A DNA stretch of 64,000 nt from an uncultured Candidatus Saccharibacteria bacterium (GTDB lineage Bacteria; Patescibacteriota; Saccharimonadia; Saccharimonadales; SZUA-47), in the NCBI GenBank assembly GCA_964419675.1, contig CAYQPN010000001.1, positions 173,060 through 237,059 of the forward strand, written 5' to 3'. The notes under the pieces were generated by a model that ran no database searches, had not been told where the DNA came from, and saw only the letters and a program-made list of their open reading frames with translations. Both the position numbers and the translations under genes were made by a program. Shown piece after piece: positions 1 through 8,550 of the stretch; within the stretch, counting starts at the first letter, position 1; each line of letters opens with the position of its first letter.

Positions 1-465
1 ATGCGATGGACTGTTCATCCAGCCTGTAATGGTCGAATTGCTACTACTGAATCCGTAGGCTAGATTCTCTCCAGCTTTTGTATACATGTAACCCTGTGCA
101 TCAATAAATATCCAAGGTTCCTGGCCTTCTGGAGTATTATGAGCCCAGTAATCCCTCGAAACCATATCATTTGCCTTCGCCTGAGCTGATGCATTTAATT
201 TGTCATTTATTGTAAGAGACGATGCTCCTACGGCGTTCCTCTCCGTGTTAGTTGCGGTAAGTAAATTAGAGCGGCTCATCTCCGTAGAATAGGCTAGAGT
301 CGCGGTTTTGTTGTGCTGGAGGGGCTGTATAATATTTAAATAAAGACAGCCAAAAAGTAGTACTAGAAGAGGAATGTATGGCCAATAAATTTTCAAGGCG
401 TGAGCAGAAGAATGCCTCGTCGGTGGTTTCAGGTGCTTTCTAGTTAATGTTTGTTTTTTTGCCAT
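1..465 (-). CDS. CAP/SCP/PR-1-like (YkwD-type) domain protein with N-terminal membrane anchor; C-terminus cut by window edge
   Basis: My own minus-strand translation from ATG at 465-463 gives MAKKQTLTRKHLKPP, a hydrophobic helix (IYWPYIPLLVLLFGCLYL), then NDKLNASAQAKANDMVSRDYWAHNTPEG...AGENLAYGF...GWMNSPSH, which reads like a CAP domain. The frame stays open to base 1, so it is absent from the ORF track. Confidence 0.6.
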   Translation of the reverse strand, partial: MAKKQTLTRKHLKPPTRHSSAHALKIYWPYIPLLVLLFGCLYLNIIQPLQHNKTATLAYSTEMSRSNLLTATNTERNAVGASSLTINDKLNASAQAKANDMVSRDYWAHNTPEGQEPWIFIDAQGYMYTKAGENLAYGFSSSNSTITGWMNSPSH

Positions 466-492
466 AACCTTAAATTCATTTTAACACAAGTA

Positions 493-999
493 TTATAGTA
501 GTCTAGCTTGGTATAGAGAAATCGCAGCAGCTACTGAAACATTGAATGATTCTTTTCCCCCTGTCATAGGAATTTCAAATACGCCGTCACAAACGTTAAT
601 TATGTCTTTTGGCAAGCCTTCTACCTCAGCACCTACAACTAACGCCACCGGAGATTTTTTATCAATATTACGGATATCATTTGAATCTTCATTCTGTTCA
701 ATTGCTAACACAGTGTAATTCTCAACCTTTAGAGTGTCATAAGCCTCTTCAAAATCATTGAAGTATCGCCATCTTATAGAGCTTTCTGCTCCTAAAGCAG
801 TTTTAGATATCGCCTTATGTGCTTTTTGGGCAATGTATGGCAAGCGAGTATCATTTTTGCCACCGGTAGGTCGTGGTGTTATACCTATTAAAATTACTTC
901 CGCTGAAAAACCGTCGGCTGATCTTATAATTGAACCAACATTATGGGAGCTTCTTATATCTACCAGTACTATACAAATGTTTCTTTTATAGTCAGCCAT
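493..999 (-). CDS. SpoU/TrmH-family RNA 2'-O-ribose methyltransferase
   Basis: 168-aa ORF with SpoU-type motifs (SSHNVGSIIRSA, LVVGAEVEGLP, IPMTGGKESFNVSVAAAISLY). Confidence 0.8.
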   Translation of the reverse strand: MADYKRNICIVLVDIRSSHNVGSIIRSADGFSAEVILIGITPRPTGGKNDTRLPYIAQKAHKAISKTALGAESSIRWRYFNDFEEAYDTLKVENYTVLAIEQNEDSNDIRNIDKKSPVALVVGAEVEGLPKDIINVCDGVFEIPMTGGKESFNVSVAAAISLYQARLL

Positions 1000-1054
1000 A
1001 GCTATATTGTACGCTATAGATTACGGGGTAGGTGATACGAAGTACGAAGATAGC

Positions 1055-1090
1055 TACACATATTATACGCTATAGCGTATAATATGTGTA
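1055..1090. promoter_or_regulatory. 36-bp perfect palindrome TACACATATTATACGCTATAGCGTATAATATGTGTA (copy 1); candidate bidirectional promoter/operator
   Basis: The two halves are exact reverse complements. On each strand it reads TACACA-N17-TATAAT. It lies between the divergent SpoU gene and pilB, and an identical copy sits at 26271-26306. Confidence 0.6.
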
Positions 1091-1151
1091 AACAGTAAAC
1101 AATATTAGCACTTACATGATTCATTGTTCTTATGGTTTAATGTAGATAACA

Positions 1152-2747
1152 ATGTCTCAAGATGCAAGACTCGATGAAGAGCAATCTACTATGCGACGTG
1201 CCGGTGTTTTAGGCATGCCGTATGTTGATACTTCAAAATTCGAAAAAGTTTTATACAAACAAATGCTTACAGTAGATGAACTTAGACAAGCTCGGGCTGT
1301 TCCGCTGTACGCGTCTGAACATCGTATAGACTTTGGTGTCACCACCAACACATCTCAACTGACAATGCAGGAATTAAGAAATAGATTTCTAGACCAACAG
1401 GTGACTTTTTCTATTATTAGCGAGGTTGGCTACCGGGACTATATGAAATTATATGACCCACCTAAGAAAGTGGAATATGCAGATATAGAGATTAACAGTG
1501 ATGACACAAAGGCCTTGATTGAAAGAGTGTCAAAGACTTTGCAACAGGTAAGGGCAGACGACATGTTGGCTTATCTTGTACAGCAATCTTTTAGGCTGAA
1601 GGCAAGTGATATACATCTTGAGAGTAAAGAAAAAGGTGCACGGATAAGAATTCGGGTGCATGGAGTACTTCATTCCGTGGCTACATTGGACGAAGATAAA
1701 TATAGACAATTGATTTCAGCGCTTGCCAGTTCGGCTAATATCAGCACTAGTAGCGTTGAGGACCAAACAGGGCATATCAATAAAAACTATAGAATGGCGA
1801 CAGGGGAAGATGTAACAGTAAACTTGCGTGTAGAGACTGTTCCTGCAGTAAACGGAATGGATGCAGTACTGCGCATATTTAATTTTCGTGCAGATATGTT
1901 AAAACTAAACAAGTTAGGTTTAGGTAAAGATCAAGAAGAATTAATACGAGAAATAATATCTCACCCGTCTGGGCTTGTTCTAATTGTTGGACCAACAGGT
2001 TCCGGTAAAACTACTACCTTATATAGTATTTTAAATGAGCTAAATACCGACGAACGTAAAATTATTACTCTAGAGGATCCGGTTGAATACCAAATAGAAG
2101 GTATTTCGCAAATCCCAGTGCGATCTAGAGATGGGCAGAGTTTTGCCGACAAATTTAGAGCCGTTTTACGTCTTGATCCGGACGTAATTATGGTTGGAGA
2201 AATTAGAGACCTAGATACAGCAAAAACAGCGCTTCAGGCAGCCTTAACTGGTCACCTAGTGCTTAGTACTTATCATGCAAGCTCAGCTTCAGCTGCCCTA
2301 ACTAGGTTGCTTGACGCAATTGGCGAGAATCCTCTATACGCCTCAGCAATTAGATTAATTCAATCACAGCGTTTAGTCAGAAAGCTTGACGAAAAAACCA
2401 GGAAACCATATCAACCAAACGATGCGTTTAAACAATATATCCATAAAGTCGTAGATTCTATCGAAGCACCGACCGAAATGGACCATTTAAAAGAAGCTCA
2501 TTTATACCAGCCCGGGAGTTCTGACGAAAATCCGTTTGGCTATGACGGTCAATTTGCGATTCGTGAATTACTTACTATGACTCCGAGTATGCAAAAGTTA
2601 CTTACTCGTCCAGCACATGAGCTATCTACAGAACTAATTGAAGCCACCGCAGTTAAAGACGGCATGTTAACCATGGAACAAGACGGCGTGCTAAGAGCTT
2701 TGAAAGGCGACACTACCCTAGAGGAAATATCGAGAGTAGTTGGTTAG
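1152..2747 (+). CDS. pilB: Type IV pilus / type II secretion assembly ATPase (GspE/PilB family)
   Basis: 531-aa ORF with a T2SSE_N-like N-terminus, Walker A GPTGSGKTTT, the GEIRD motif and a conserved hexameric ATPase core. Confidence 0.85.
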   Translation: MSQDARLDEEQSTMRRAGVLGMPYVDTSKFEKVLYKQMLTVDELRQARAVPLYASEHRIDFGVTTNTSQLTMQELRNRFLDQQVTFSIISEVGYRDYMKLYDPPKKVEYADIEINSDDTKALIERVSKTLQQVRADDMLAYLVQQSFRLKASDIHLESKEKGARIRIRVHGVLHSVATLDEDKYRQLISALASSANISTSSVEDQTGHINKNYRMATGEDVTVNLRVETVPAVNGMDAVLRIFNFRADMLKLNKLGLGKDQEELIREIISHPSGLVLIVGPTGSGKTTTLYSILNELNTDERKIITLEDPVEYQIEGISQIPVRSRDGQSFADKFRAVLRLDPDVIMVGEIRDLDTAKTALQAALTGHLVLSTYHASSASAALTRLLDAIGENPLYASAIRLIQSQRLVRKLDEKTRKPYQPNDAFKQYIHKVVDSIEAPTEMDHLKEAHLYQPGSSDENPFGYDGQFAIRELLTMTPSMQKLLTRPAHELSTELIEATAVKDGMLTMEQDGVLRALKGDTTLEEISRVVG

Positions 2748-3871
2748 CGGATAGCGTTTGCTACTGCTTCGACGACGCCATCATCAAACGGGCTAGGAAT
2801 GATTTTATCTGCTGTTGGGGATTTGACTAGCCCAGCTAGCGCCTCGGCAGCAGCTGTTTTATGATCGTCTGTAATCCTCTTGACTCCGTTATCGAGAGCG
2901 CCTCTAAATATCCCAGGAAATCCAAGTGCGTTATTAACTTGATTAGGGAAATCGCTTCTACCCGTTGCGATAACGGTGGCTCCTGCTTTTTTGGCGACGT
3001 CTGGCATTATTTCTGGCTCGGGGTTTGCTAGCGCAAAAATTATAGGATCTTTAGCCATGGTTTTTACCATCTCACCAGTTAGTAATCCTCCTTTACTTAG
3101 TCCGATAAAGATATCTGCATCTATTAATGCGTCCTCAAGTTTTCCTGGAGCAGTATTTTTACTGAAACTCATCAACATCACTTTTTCAGAATTCAGATCT
3201 TTTCTAGTTTGGTCAATTATACCTTTACTATCAACAACAACAATGTCTGGGTTAGCATATTGATGCAGCAACTTAGATACTGCAACTCCAGCCGCTCCAG
3301 CTCCGACTAAAACAATTTTACATCTAGAAAGTTGTTTGCTGACAACTTTTGTAGCATTGATTAGGCCAGCCAAGACAACTATGGCTGTACCGTGCTGATC
3401 GTCGTGCATTACTGGTATGTCCAGCTTTGCTTTTATTCGATCTTCAATTTCAAAACATTTAGGCGCGGCTATGTCCTCTAAATTTATTCCCCCGAAACTC
3501 GGCGCAATTGCCAAGACAGCGTCTACTATCTCATCGGCTGTATGAACATCCAAAACAATAGGAACAGAATCAATATTTGCAAAGTGCTTGAAGAGCATAG
3601 ACTTACCTTCCATAACTGGAAGTGCACCCTCTGGGCCTAAGTCTCCTAAGCCAAGAACTGCAGAGCCATCAGATATCACTGCAACAAGATTATTTGTCCA
3701 AGAGACTTCTTTAAGTTTATTTTTGTCGTTTTGAGCGTATTTCGAGGCAGCTCCAACACCTGGTGAATAAAATAACTTTAAAGTCTCGGGAGTAACTTCT
3801 CCTCGTAAACCGGTATAAATTTTGCCTCTTAGCTTTTTATGTAGGTTAACCGCCCCCTCGTATATATCCAT
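2744..3871 (-). CDS. NAD(P)-dependent malic enzyme (short form)
   Basis: 375-aa ORF with malic-enzyme signatures (VISDGSAVLGLGDLGPEGALPVMEGK, HDDQHGTAIV, VLVGAGAAGVA). It has a 4-nt convergent overlap with pilB. Confidence 0.85.
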   Translation of the reverse strand: MDIYEGAVNLHKKLRGKIYTGLRGEVTPETLKLFYSPGVGAASKYAQNDKNKLKEVSWTNNLVAVISDGSAVLGLGDLGPEGALPVMEGKSMLFKHFANIDSVPIVLDVHTADEIVDAVLAIAPSFGGINLEDIAAPKCFEIEDRIKAKLDIPVMHDDQHGTAIVVLAGLINATKVVSKQLSRCKIVLVGAGAAGVAVSKLLHQYANPDIVVVDSKGIIDQTRKDLNSEKVMLMSFSKNTAPGKLEDALIDADIFIGLSKGGLLTGEMVKTMAKDPIIFALANPEPEIMPDVAKKAGATVIATGRSDFPNQVNNALGFPGIFRGALDNGVKRITDDHKTAAAEALAGLVKSPTADKIIPSPFDDGVVEAVANAIR

Positions 3872-4095
3872 CTAGTTAGAAATCTCCAATATCGTTAGTT
3901 ATAAATTAATAAATCACAACGTAGAAATGTAATTATTATTTCTAACGAGATTCATAATATTAGTATAACGTATATCATAAGATTCCAGATTTAAGATTGA
4001 AGCCTGTGCGTCAACTCAAAAAGAGAGTAATTGGTAGAGTAAGTGATACGAAATTCTAAATTGTCAAGAAACGGCTTCCATTTTGTAGTCAACTC

Positions 4096-4104
4096 TGTTA
4101 TAAT
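4096..4104 (+). promoter_or_regulatory. Extended -10 promoter element (TGtTATAAT) upstream of rplS
   Basis: AACTCTGTTATAATT is shared almost verbatim with the elements upstream of secY (51601-51609) and infA (53171-53179). The -35 is weak. Confidence 0.45.
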
Positions 4105-4140
4105 TGGGTAAATTCAATAGAAAGTAAGAGTAAAGATTAT

Positions 4141-4680
4141 ATGAATTCAGTTCTTAAAGACCTTTCAGATAGTTATAAAAAGAAAGCTGTTGTTGATGTT
4201 CGTAGTGGCGACACAGTAAAAGTGCACCAGAAAATTAAAGAAGGCGCCAAAGAGCGTGTTCAGATATTTGAAGGCATGGTTATTCGTGCTACCAAGAAAA
4301 GTAGCCACACATCGTCAATCACTGTAAGAAGAATTGCTAGCGGAATTGGTGTTGAAAAAACTTATTTGCTACATAGCCCTTTAGTCACAAAAATTGAGGT
4401 TACAAAGCGTGGAAAAGTAAGCCGAAACTACCTAACTTATATGAGAGACCTTAAAGGTAAAGCAACTCGTCTTACTGGTCAGAGTTTTGATTCAAGAGCT
4501 GTAAACAATGTTCACGATGAAGAAGCTGAAAAACTAGAACTTGAAATGAAAGCAAAAGCAGAAGCCGAGCATGCCGAACTTGAAGCTCAAAAAGCTGCTG
4601 AACAAGCCAAAGAAGACGCAAAAGCCCAAGCAGTTTTAGATGCCCACAAGGCAAACGAAGCCGAAGCAAAAACAGAATAA
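4141..4680 (+). CDS. rplS: 50S ribosomal protein L19 with Ala/Glu/Lys-rich C-terminal tail
   Basis: L19 core (GDTVKVHQKIKEG..ERVQIFEGMVI...RRIASGIGVEKT) followed by a charged tail of about 55 aa. Confidence 0.92.
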   Translation: MNSVLKDLSDSYKKKAVVDVRSGDTVKVHQKIKEGAKERVQIFEGMVIRATKKSSHTSSITVRRIASGIGVEKTYLLHSPLVTKIEVTKRGKVSRNYLTYMRDLKGKATRLTGQSFDSRAVNNVHDEEAEKLELEMKAKAEAEHAELEAQKAAEQAKEDAKAQAVLDAHKANEAEAKTE

Positions 4681-4738
4681 TCACTAAGTCAGTTTTTTAG
4701 TACTTTACGCTATAACCTAAACCCTATACGCTATTATC

Positions 4739-5308
4739 ATGATTGGCATAGATGAAGTAGGACGCGGAGCACTAGCCGGCCCTTTAGTTGTAGCTGGGTG
4801 TTATTTTACAGAAAATCCAGGTTTTACCAGAGGGCTTGATGATTCAAAAAAATTATCTAAGAAAAAAAGAGAAGAAATGGATGATTTGGTAAAATCTAAC
4901 ACCTTCTCCTCAATAGTAACTATCAGCGCTCGGGACGTAGACAAGCTAGGGCTCACCAGAGCATTGCGACAGGCGATATTGAGTATATTGGAGCTAATGC
5001 CAACTGATATGGGAATAATGTTAGATGGCAAATATAATTTTTTAAAAGGTACAAAATATGAATCAAGAACGAAAGTTGAAGTCAGGGCAGACAGTAGACA
5101 CACAAGCGTAATGGCTTCATCTATAATGGCTAAAGTAGAACGTGACAGGTTAATGCGTGAATACGCAGTTAAATATCCCGTGTATGGCTTTGAACACAAT
5201 GTTGGCTATGGTACTAAATATCACATTGATGCATTAAATATATATGGGCCATCACCAATTCACAGAAAAAGTTTCAACCCATTGAAATCCATGCTGGTAA
5301 AGAAGTAA
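4739..5308 (+). CDS. rnhB: Ribonuclease HII
   Basis: IGIDEVGRGALAGPLVVAG N-terminal catalytic motif and the classic rplS-rnhB-yraN synteny. Confidence 0.9.
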   Translation: MIGIDEVGRGALAGPLVVAGCYFTENPGFTRGLDDSKKLSKKKREEMDDLVKSNTFSSIVTISARDVDKLGLTRALRQAILSILELMPTDMGIMLDGKYNFLKGTKYESRTKVEVRADSRHTSVMASSIMAKVERDRLMREYAVKYPVYGFEHNVGYGTKYHIDALNIYGPSPIHRKSFNPLKSMLVKK

Positions 5309-5647
5309 ATGAACACAACAGAGACTGGCAAGTCAGCGGAAGAACTTGTAGCAAACTTACTTAGGTCCAATAAACACAAAATTATAGAAATGAACTGGCG
5401 TACACGGTGGTGTGAGATTGACATTATCTCTAAACACAAAAAGGTTATATATTTTACAGAAGTAAAATTTAGAAGTTCAAATGCTTGGGGTGAAGGCTTA
5501 AGCTATATTACAAAATCTAAACTAAGGCAGATGCGTTTTGCTGCCGAGTTTTGGTTAAGTAGCAACAACTGGGACGGTGAATGTGTCTTGCAAGCAGCTG
5601 AAGTTAACGACTTTGATGAGATTAATTTCGTAGAGATTTTTGACTAA
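5309..5647 (+). CDS. yraN: YraN-family (UPF0102) endonuclease-like protein
   Basis: 112 aa with the GE/CEIDII motif (WCEIDIISK) and FTEVKFR. It starts immediately after the rnhB stop. Confidence 0.75.
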   Translation: MNTTETGKSAEELVANLLRSNKHKIIEMNWRTRWCEIDIISKHKKVIYFTEVKFRSSNAWGEGLSYITKSKLRQMRFAAEFWLSSNNWDGECVLQAAEVNDFDEINFVEIFD

Positions 5648-8223
5648 ACATTATTTGAAAACCACTCTAGTGCAAGTTTTGAGTCCCGTTCACGCCATGC
5701 AGTATTTGTTTGAGCAATTTCTAACCCCTGGTTAAATGAGCGCTCTAGAAGTGGTTCCATTATTGAGCTAAAGAATTCAACATAATTATTGATCAGTTTC
5801 TGGTCTGCAAAATTGCGTGCGGCATAAATTGGCATTCGTGAAAAGCTTAAATCTGTTCCCATATTCTTCTTTAACCATTCCCAGTTCTCTTTCATCCATT
5901 CCCAGGTTTTGGCCCTTCCATGACGATTCATAAAACAATATGCTATCCAGTATCCTGCATCTTGAAGGCGAATAGTATCGCTTTTTATTAATTCAAGAAC
6001 TTTATCGTGCAAGTCAGATTGTTCAAAGCTGGTCAAGGCTGCTGTTATTGCTAATTTTTCATCCGATGAGTCTGTGCTTTTGTAGATGTTCAATAACTCG
6101 TTGTATTCCTTTAACCCACCTAGACGAGCTGCAGTGCTATAAACAATCCCGCGTAAATCTGGATCAATATGGCTCTCCCCGTGTAATTTTTCTTTGTATA
6201 GGCCCAAAGCAGTTTCGACTGCGTTTTTATCGTCAGAACCTGTCGCCAGGCCGATGATTAATGGGCGCAGAAGTGTGTCAAAATGATCTTCACTAGTTTT
6301 CTTATCCCATCCTAGTCGCTTATATTGACCTTGTACTAAATTTCGGACAAAAGGTTTTATTAAGTCTCTTAAGGTATCGTCATCGTCGTTTGTAGATAAT
6401 GAACTGCGTATGGCACCAATACTACTAGTTATAATTTCCCACACTGATAAGCTTGATTCATCCTTGTAGTGCGCTAACAAATCTAAATATTCGGTTATCG
6501 GTTGGTAGCCGGCTTTAGTGGTTTCAAAACTGTCAGACAATAGCCCCATTCTGTCAATATCTGGTAGCATGCGAGCATCTAATGCCTTTAGTTGGTTTTG
6601 CTGGAGTGAGTGGGAGTAATCTACTCTATAAAAACCCGTTTGCCCCAAATTTAATTTTATCGGTATTTCATTGTTCTTAACTGGTATATTACTTACTTTT
6701 TGTGTTGCTATCTGCGAGGCTAAACCTTCGGTTAACAGTGGTATTGGCCATAAAGATTTGTCTTCTCTGGCACTTGAAATTGGATTAGCGACAAAACGGG
6801 ATTGACTGATTGTTAGGTGATCGTTCTTTTGTTCAACTTTGATTATCGGGTGACCTGAGTGCAAGGTCCAAACACCCATAAAGTCTCTAACTGGTTTTTT
6901 AGAGTCTTCTTCTAAACTTCGCCATAAATCGACGGTGCTGGCATTTCTATAAGAGTATTTCTTTAAATAACTGCGTAATCCTTCTCTAAAGTCATCTTCA
7001 CCTAAATAGTGGAAAAGCATGTTAATGACGCTAGCACCTTTTTGGTAGCTAATAGCGTCAAAAATTGTCCTTATTTCATCGGGATGTTTCACCTCTACTT
7101 CAACTGGGTGAGTATGCTCAAGAGCATCGCTTTTTAACGCCAGTTGTTGTTCGTCAACTGCGAACTGTGTCCAGAGATTCCATTCTGGGAATAACTTGTC
7201 TGCTGCAAGGTATTCTATCCAGCTTGCAAAACCCTCGTTTAACCATAGGTCAGTCCACCAGTGCATAGTTACTAAGTTACCAAACCACTGATGAGCTAAT
7301 TCGTGGGCAACTACCAAAACAACATACTGCTTGGTACTAAGTGATGTGTTAGCTTCGTCGTACAACAAAGTTTGTTCTCTGAAGGTAATAAGTCCCCAAT
7401 TTTCCATTGCTCCACTAGCAAAGTCTGGAAGGGCAATAAGGTCACACTTTTCAAGCGGGTAGGGTATATCAAAATAATCATTGAAGAAATCCAAGCACTT
7501 GACAGCTACTTCTAAAGCAAATGCAGAGTGTTTAATTTGATTTTTTGTAGCATATGTCCTAATTGCTACGCCTTGTTTGGACTTAGCCTCTAGATATTCA
7601 ATCTCTCCTACAGCAAACGCTAAAAGGTAGGTACTCATTATTGGCGTAGGCTCAAATTGAGTAGTCTTAAGGTTTCCAGCAATTGTTTCTTTAAGTACGG
7701 GTGTATTGCTAATCGCAGTTTCATGTTCTGCACCCGTTAGCGTCAACTGAAAAGTAGCTTTGGCTTCAGGCTCATCAATACAAGGGAATGCTTCTCTTGC
7801 ATGGTGACTTTCAAACTGTGTAGCAATTAAACGTTTTTGTACTCCTTCTTCTTCAAAGAAACATGGGTAGATTCCGTCCATATTTTTAGAAATAATTCCT
7901 GAGAATTCCAAGTAAATTGTGTACTCTCCAGGGTAGAGTAGCTTTCCGGAGTGAAGTCTTAACTCGTCTTGCTTATTCTGTAAAACCGTTCTGGTTAGTT
8001 CAATTTCCGTCAGTTTTCCAGTTTTGTCTTTATGCTTAACTCCAGCAGTACTAATTTTGAGGCCTTTTTGATGTAGAGTTATTCTTGCGCTTGGTCGGCC
8101 ACGTTTTTTACCAATAATTTGGACCGACCCCGTAAAACTCAGTTTATCTTCACTAATAGTTAATGACAGCTTATAATTATCTGGAGCAAACTGTGGGTAT
8201 AATCTAGTTACTTTTTTACTCAT
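5644..8223 (-). CDS. pepN: M1-family aminopeptidase N
   Basis: 859 aa with the GAMENWG exopeptidase motif and HELAHQWFGNLVT...WLNEGFA zinc site (HEXXH-18-E). Confidence 0.9.
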   Translation of the reverse strand: MSKKVTRLYPQFAPDNYKLSLTISEDKLSFTGSVQIIGKKRGRPSARITLHQKGLKISTAGVKHKDKTGKLTEIELTRTVLQNKQDELRLHSGKLLYPGEYTIYLEFSGIISKNMDGIYPCFFEEEGVQKRLIATQFESHHAREAFPCIDEPEAKATFQLTLTGAEHETAISNTPVLKETIAGNLKTTQFEPTPIMSTYLLAFAVGEIEYLEAKSKQGVAIRTYATKNQIKHSAFALEVAVKCLDFFNDYFDIPYPLEKCDLIALPDFASGAMENWGLITFREQTLLYDEANTSLSTKQYVVLVVAHELAHQWFGNLVTMHWWTDLWLNEGFASWIEYLAADKLFPEWNLWTQFAVDEQQLALKSDALEHTHPVEVEVKHPDEIRTIFDAISYQKGASVINMLFHYLGEDDFREGLRSYLKKYSYRNASTVDLWRSLEEDSKKPVRDFMGVWTLHSGHPIIKVEQKNDHLTISQSRFVANPISSAREDKSLWPIPLLTEGLASQIATQKVSNIPVKNNEIPIKLNLGQTGFYRVDYSHSLQQNQLKALDARMLPDIDRMGLLSDSFETTKAGYQPITEYLDLLAHYKDESSLSVWEIITSSIGAIRSSLSTNDDDDTLRDLIKPFVRNLVQGQYKRLGWDKKTSEDHFDTLLRPLIIGLATGSDDKNAVETALGLYKEKLHGESHIDPDLRGIVYSTAARLGGLKEYNELLNIYKSTDSSDEKLAITAALTSFEQSDLHDKVLELIKSDTIRLQDAGYWIAYCFMNRHGRAKTWEWMKENWEWLKKNMGTDLSFSRMPIYAARNFADQKLINNYVEFFSSIMEPLLERSFNQGLEIAQTNTAWRERDSKLALEWFSNNV

Positions 8224-8263
8224 TTATATATTAGTTTAACAGATGGTTTTGAATATTACGCTA

Positions 8264-8292
8264 TTGACAGAACCGTTGCAGTATGATACAAT
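8264..8292 (+). promoter_or_regulatory. Near-consensus sigma-70 type promoter (TTGACA-N17-TGaTACAAT) at head of nusA leader
   Basis: TTGACA at 8264-8269, a 17-nt spacer, TG at 8284-8285 and TACAAT at 8287-8292. Confidence 0.6.
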
Positions 8293-8356
8293 TAAATTAG
8301 AAGCTCAATAAAGTTATAGCCATTTGGTATAAATATTGCTATAATAGGTTTGTTAG

Positions 8357-8382
8357 TCCGGCCAATGCAGGTCGGATTTTTT
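8357..8382 (+). terminator. Intrinsic terminator-like hairpin inside the nusA leader
   Basis: UCCGGCC-AAUGCA-GGUCGGA (7 bp with one G-U pair) followed by six T (8377-8382). It lies about 60 nt downstream of the predicted transcription start and 170 nt upstream of nusA. Confidence 0.5.
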
Positions 8383-8550
8383 CATTGAGAGCCCAATGAT
8401 GGGAGTAATAATTAAGATTAAAAAGAAAGGGACTTTGCCTGCAGCTCTTGCAGCTAAAAGGGAAAAGAGCAGCCGGAACAGGGAATTTACTTCACTGTCC
8501 CGCGCGTCGAGGAAAACCGTAGGTTGTCCTTGAATAGCGAAGCGGTAATT

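Noticed and set aside
1055-1090. Palindrome as an NrdR box, Fur box or LexA box.
   Set aside because: Its ACACATAT...ATATGTGT ends superficially recall NrdR boxes. However, NrdR sites are contiguous 16-mers in tandem near nrd genes, and neither the Fur nor the Cheo/LexA consensus fits. No nrd, iron or SOS gene is adjacent.
8429-8501. Possible SRP (4.5S) RNA: AAGAGCAGCCGGAACAG resembles the GGAAGCAGCCAAGGCAG 3' side of SRP domain IV.
   Set aside because: The conserved 5' strand (AGGUCAGGUCC-type) and a GNRA tetraloop are missing, and the alternative hairpin has a 15-nt loop. I treat the region as part of a structured nusA leader of unknown type.
8524-8550. TTG start for nusA at 8524.
   Set aside because: The extra residues (MSLNSEAVI) are not NusA-like. 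The ATG at 8551 gives the typical N-terminus (MDFDVKQLAGAMRLIAEEK).
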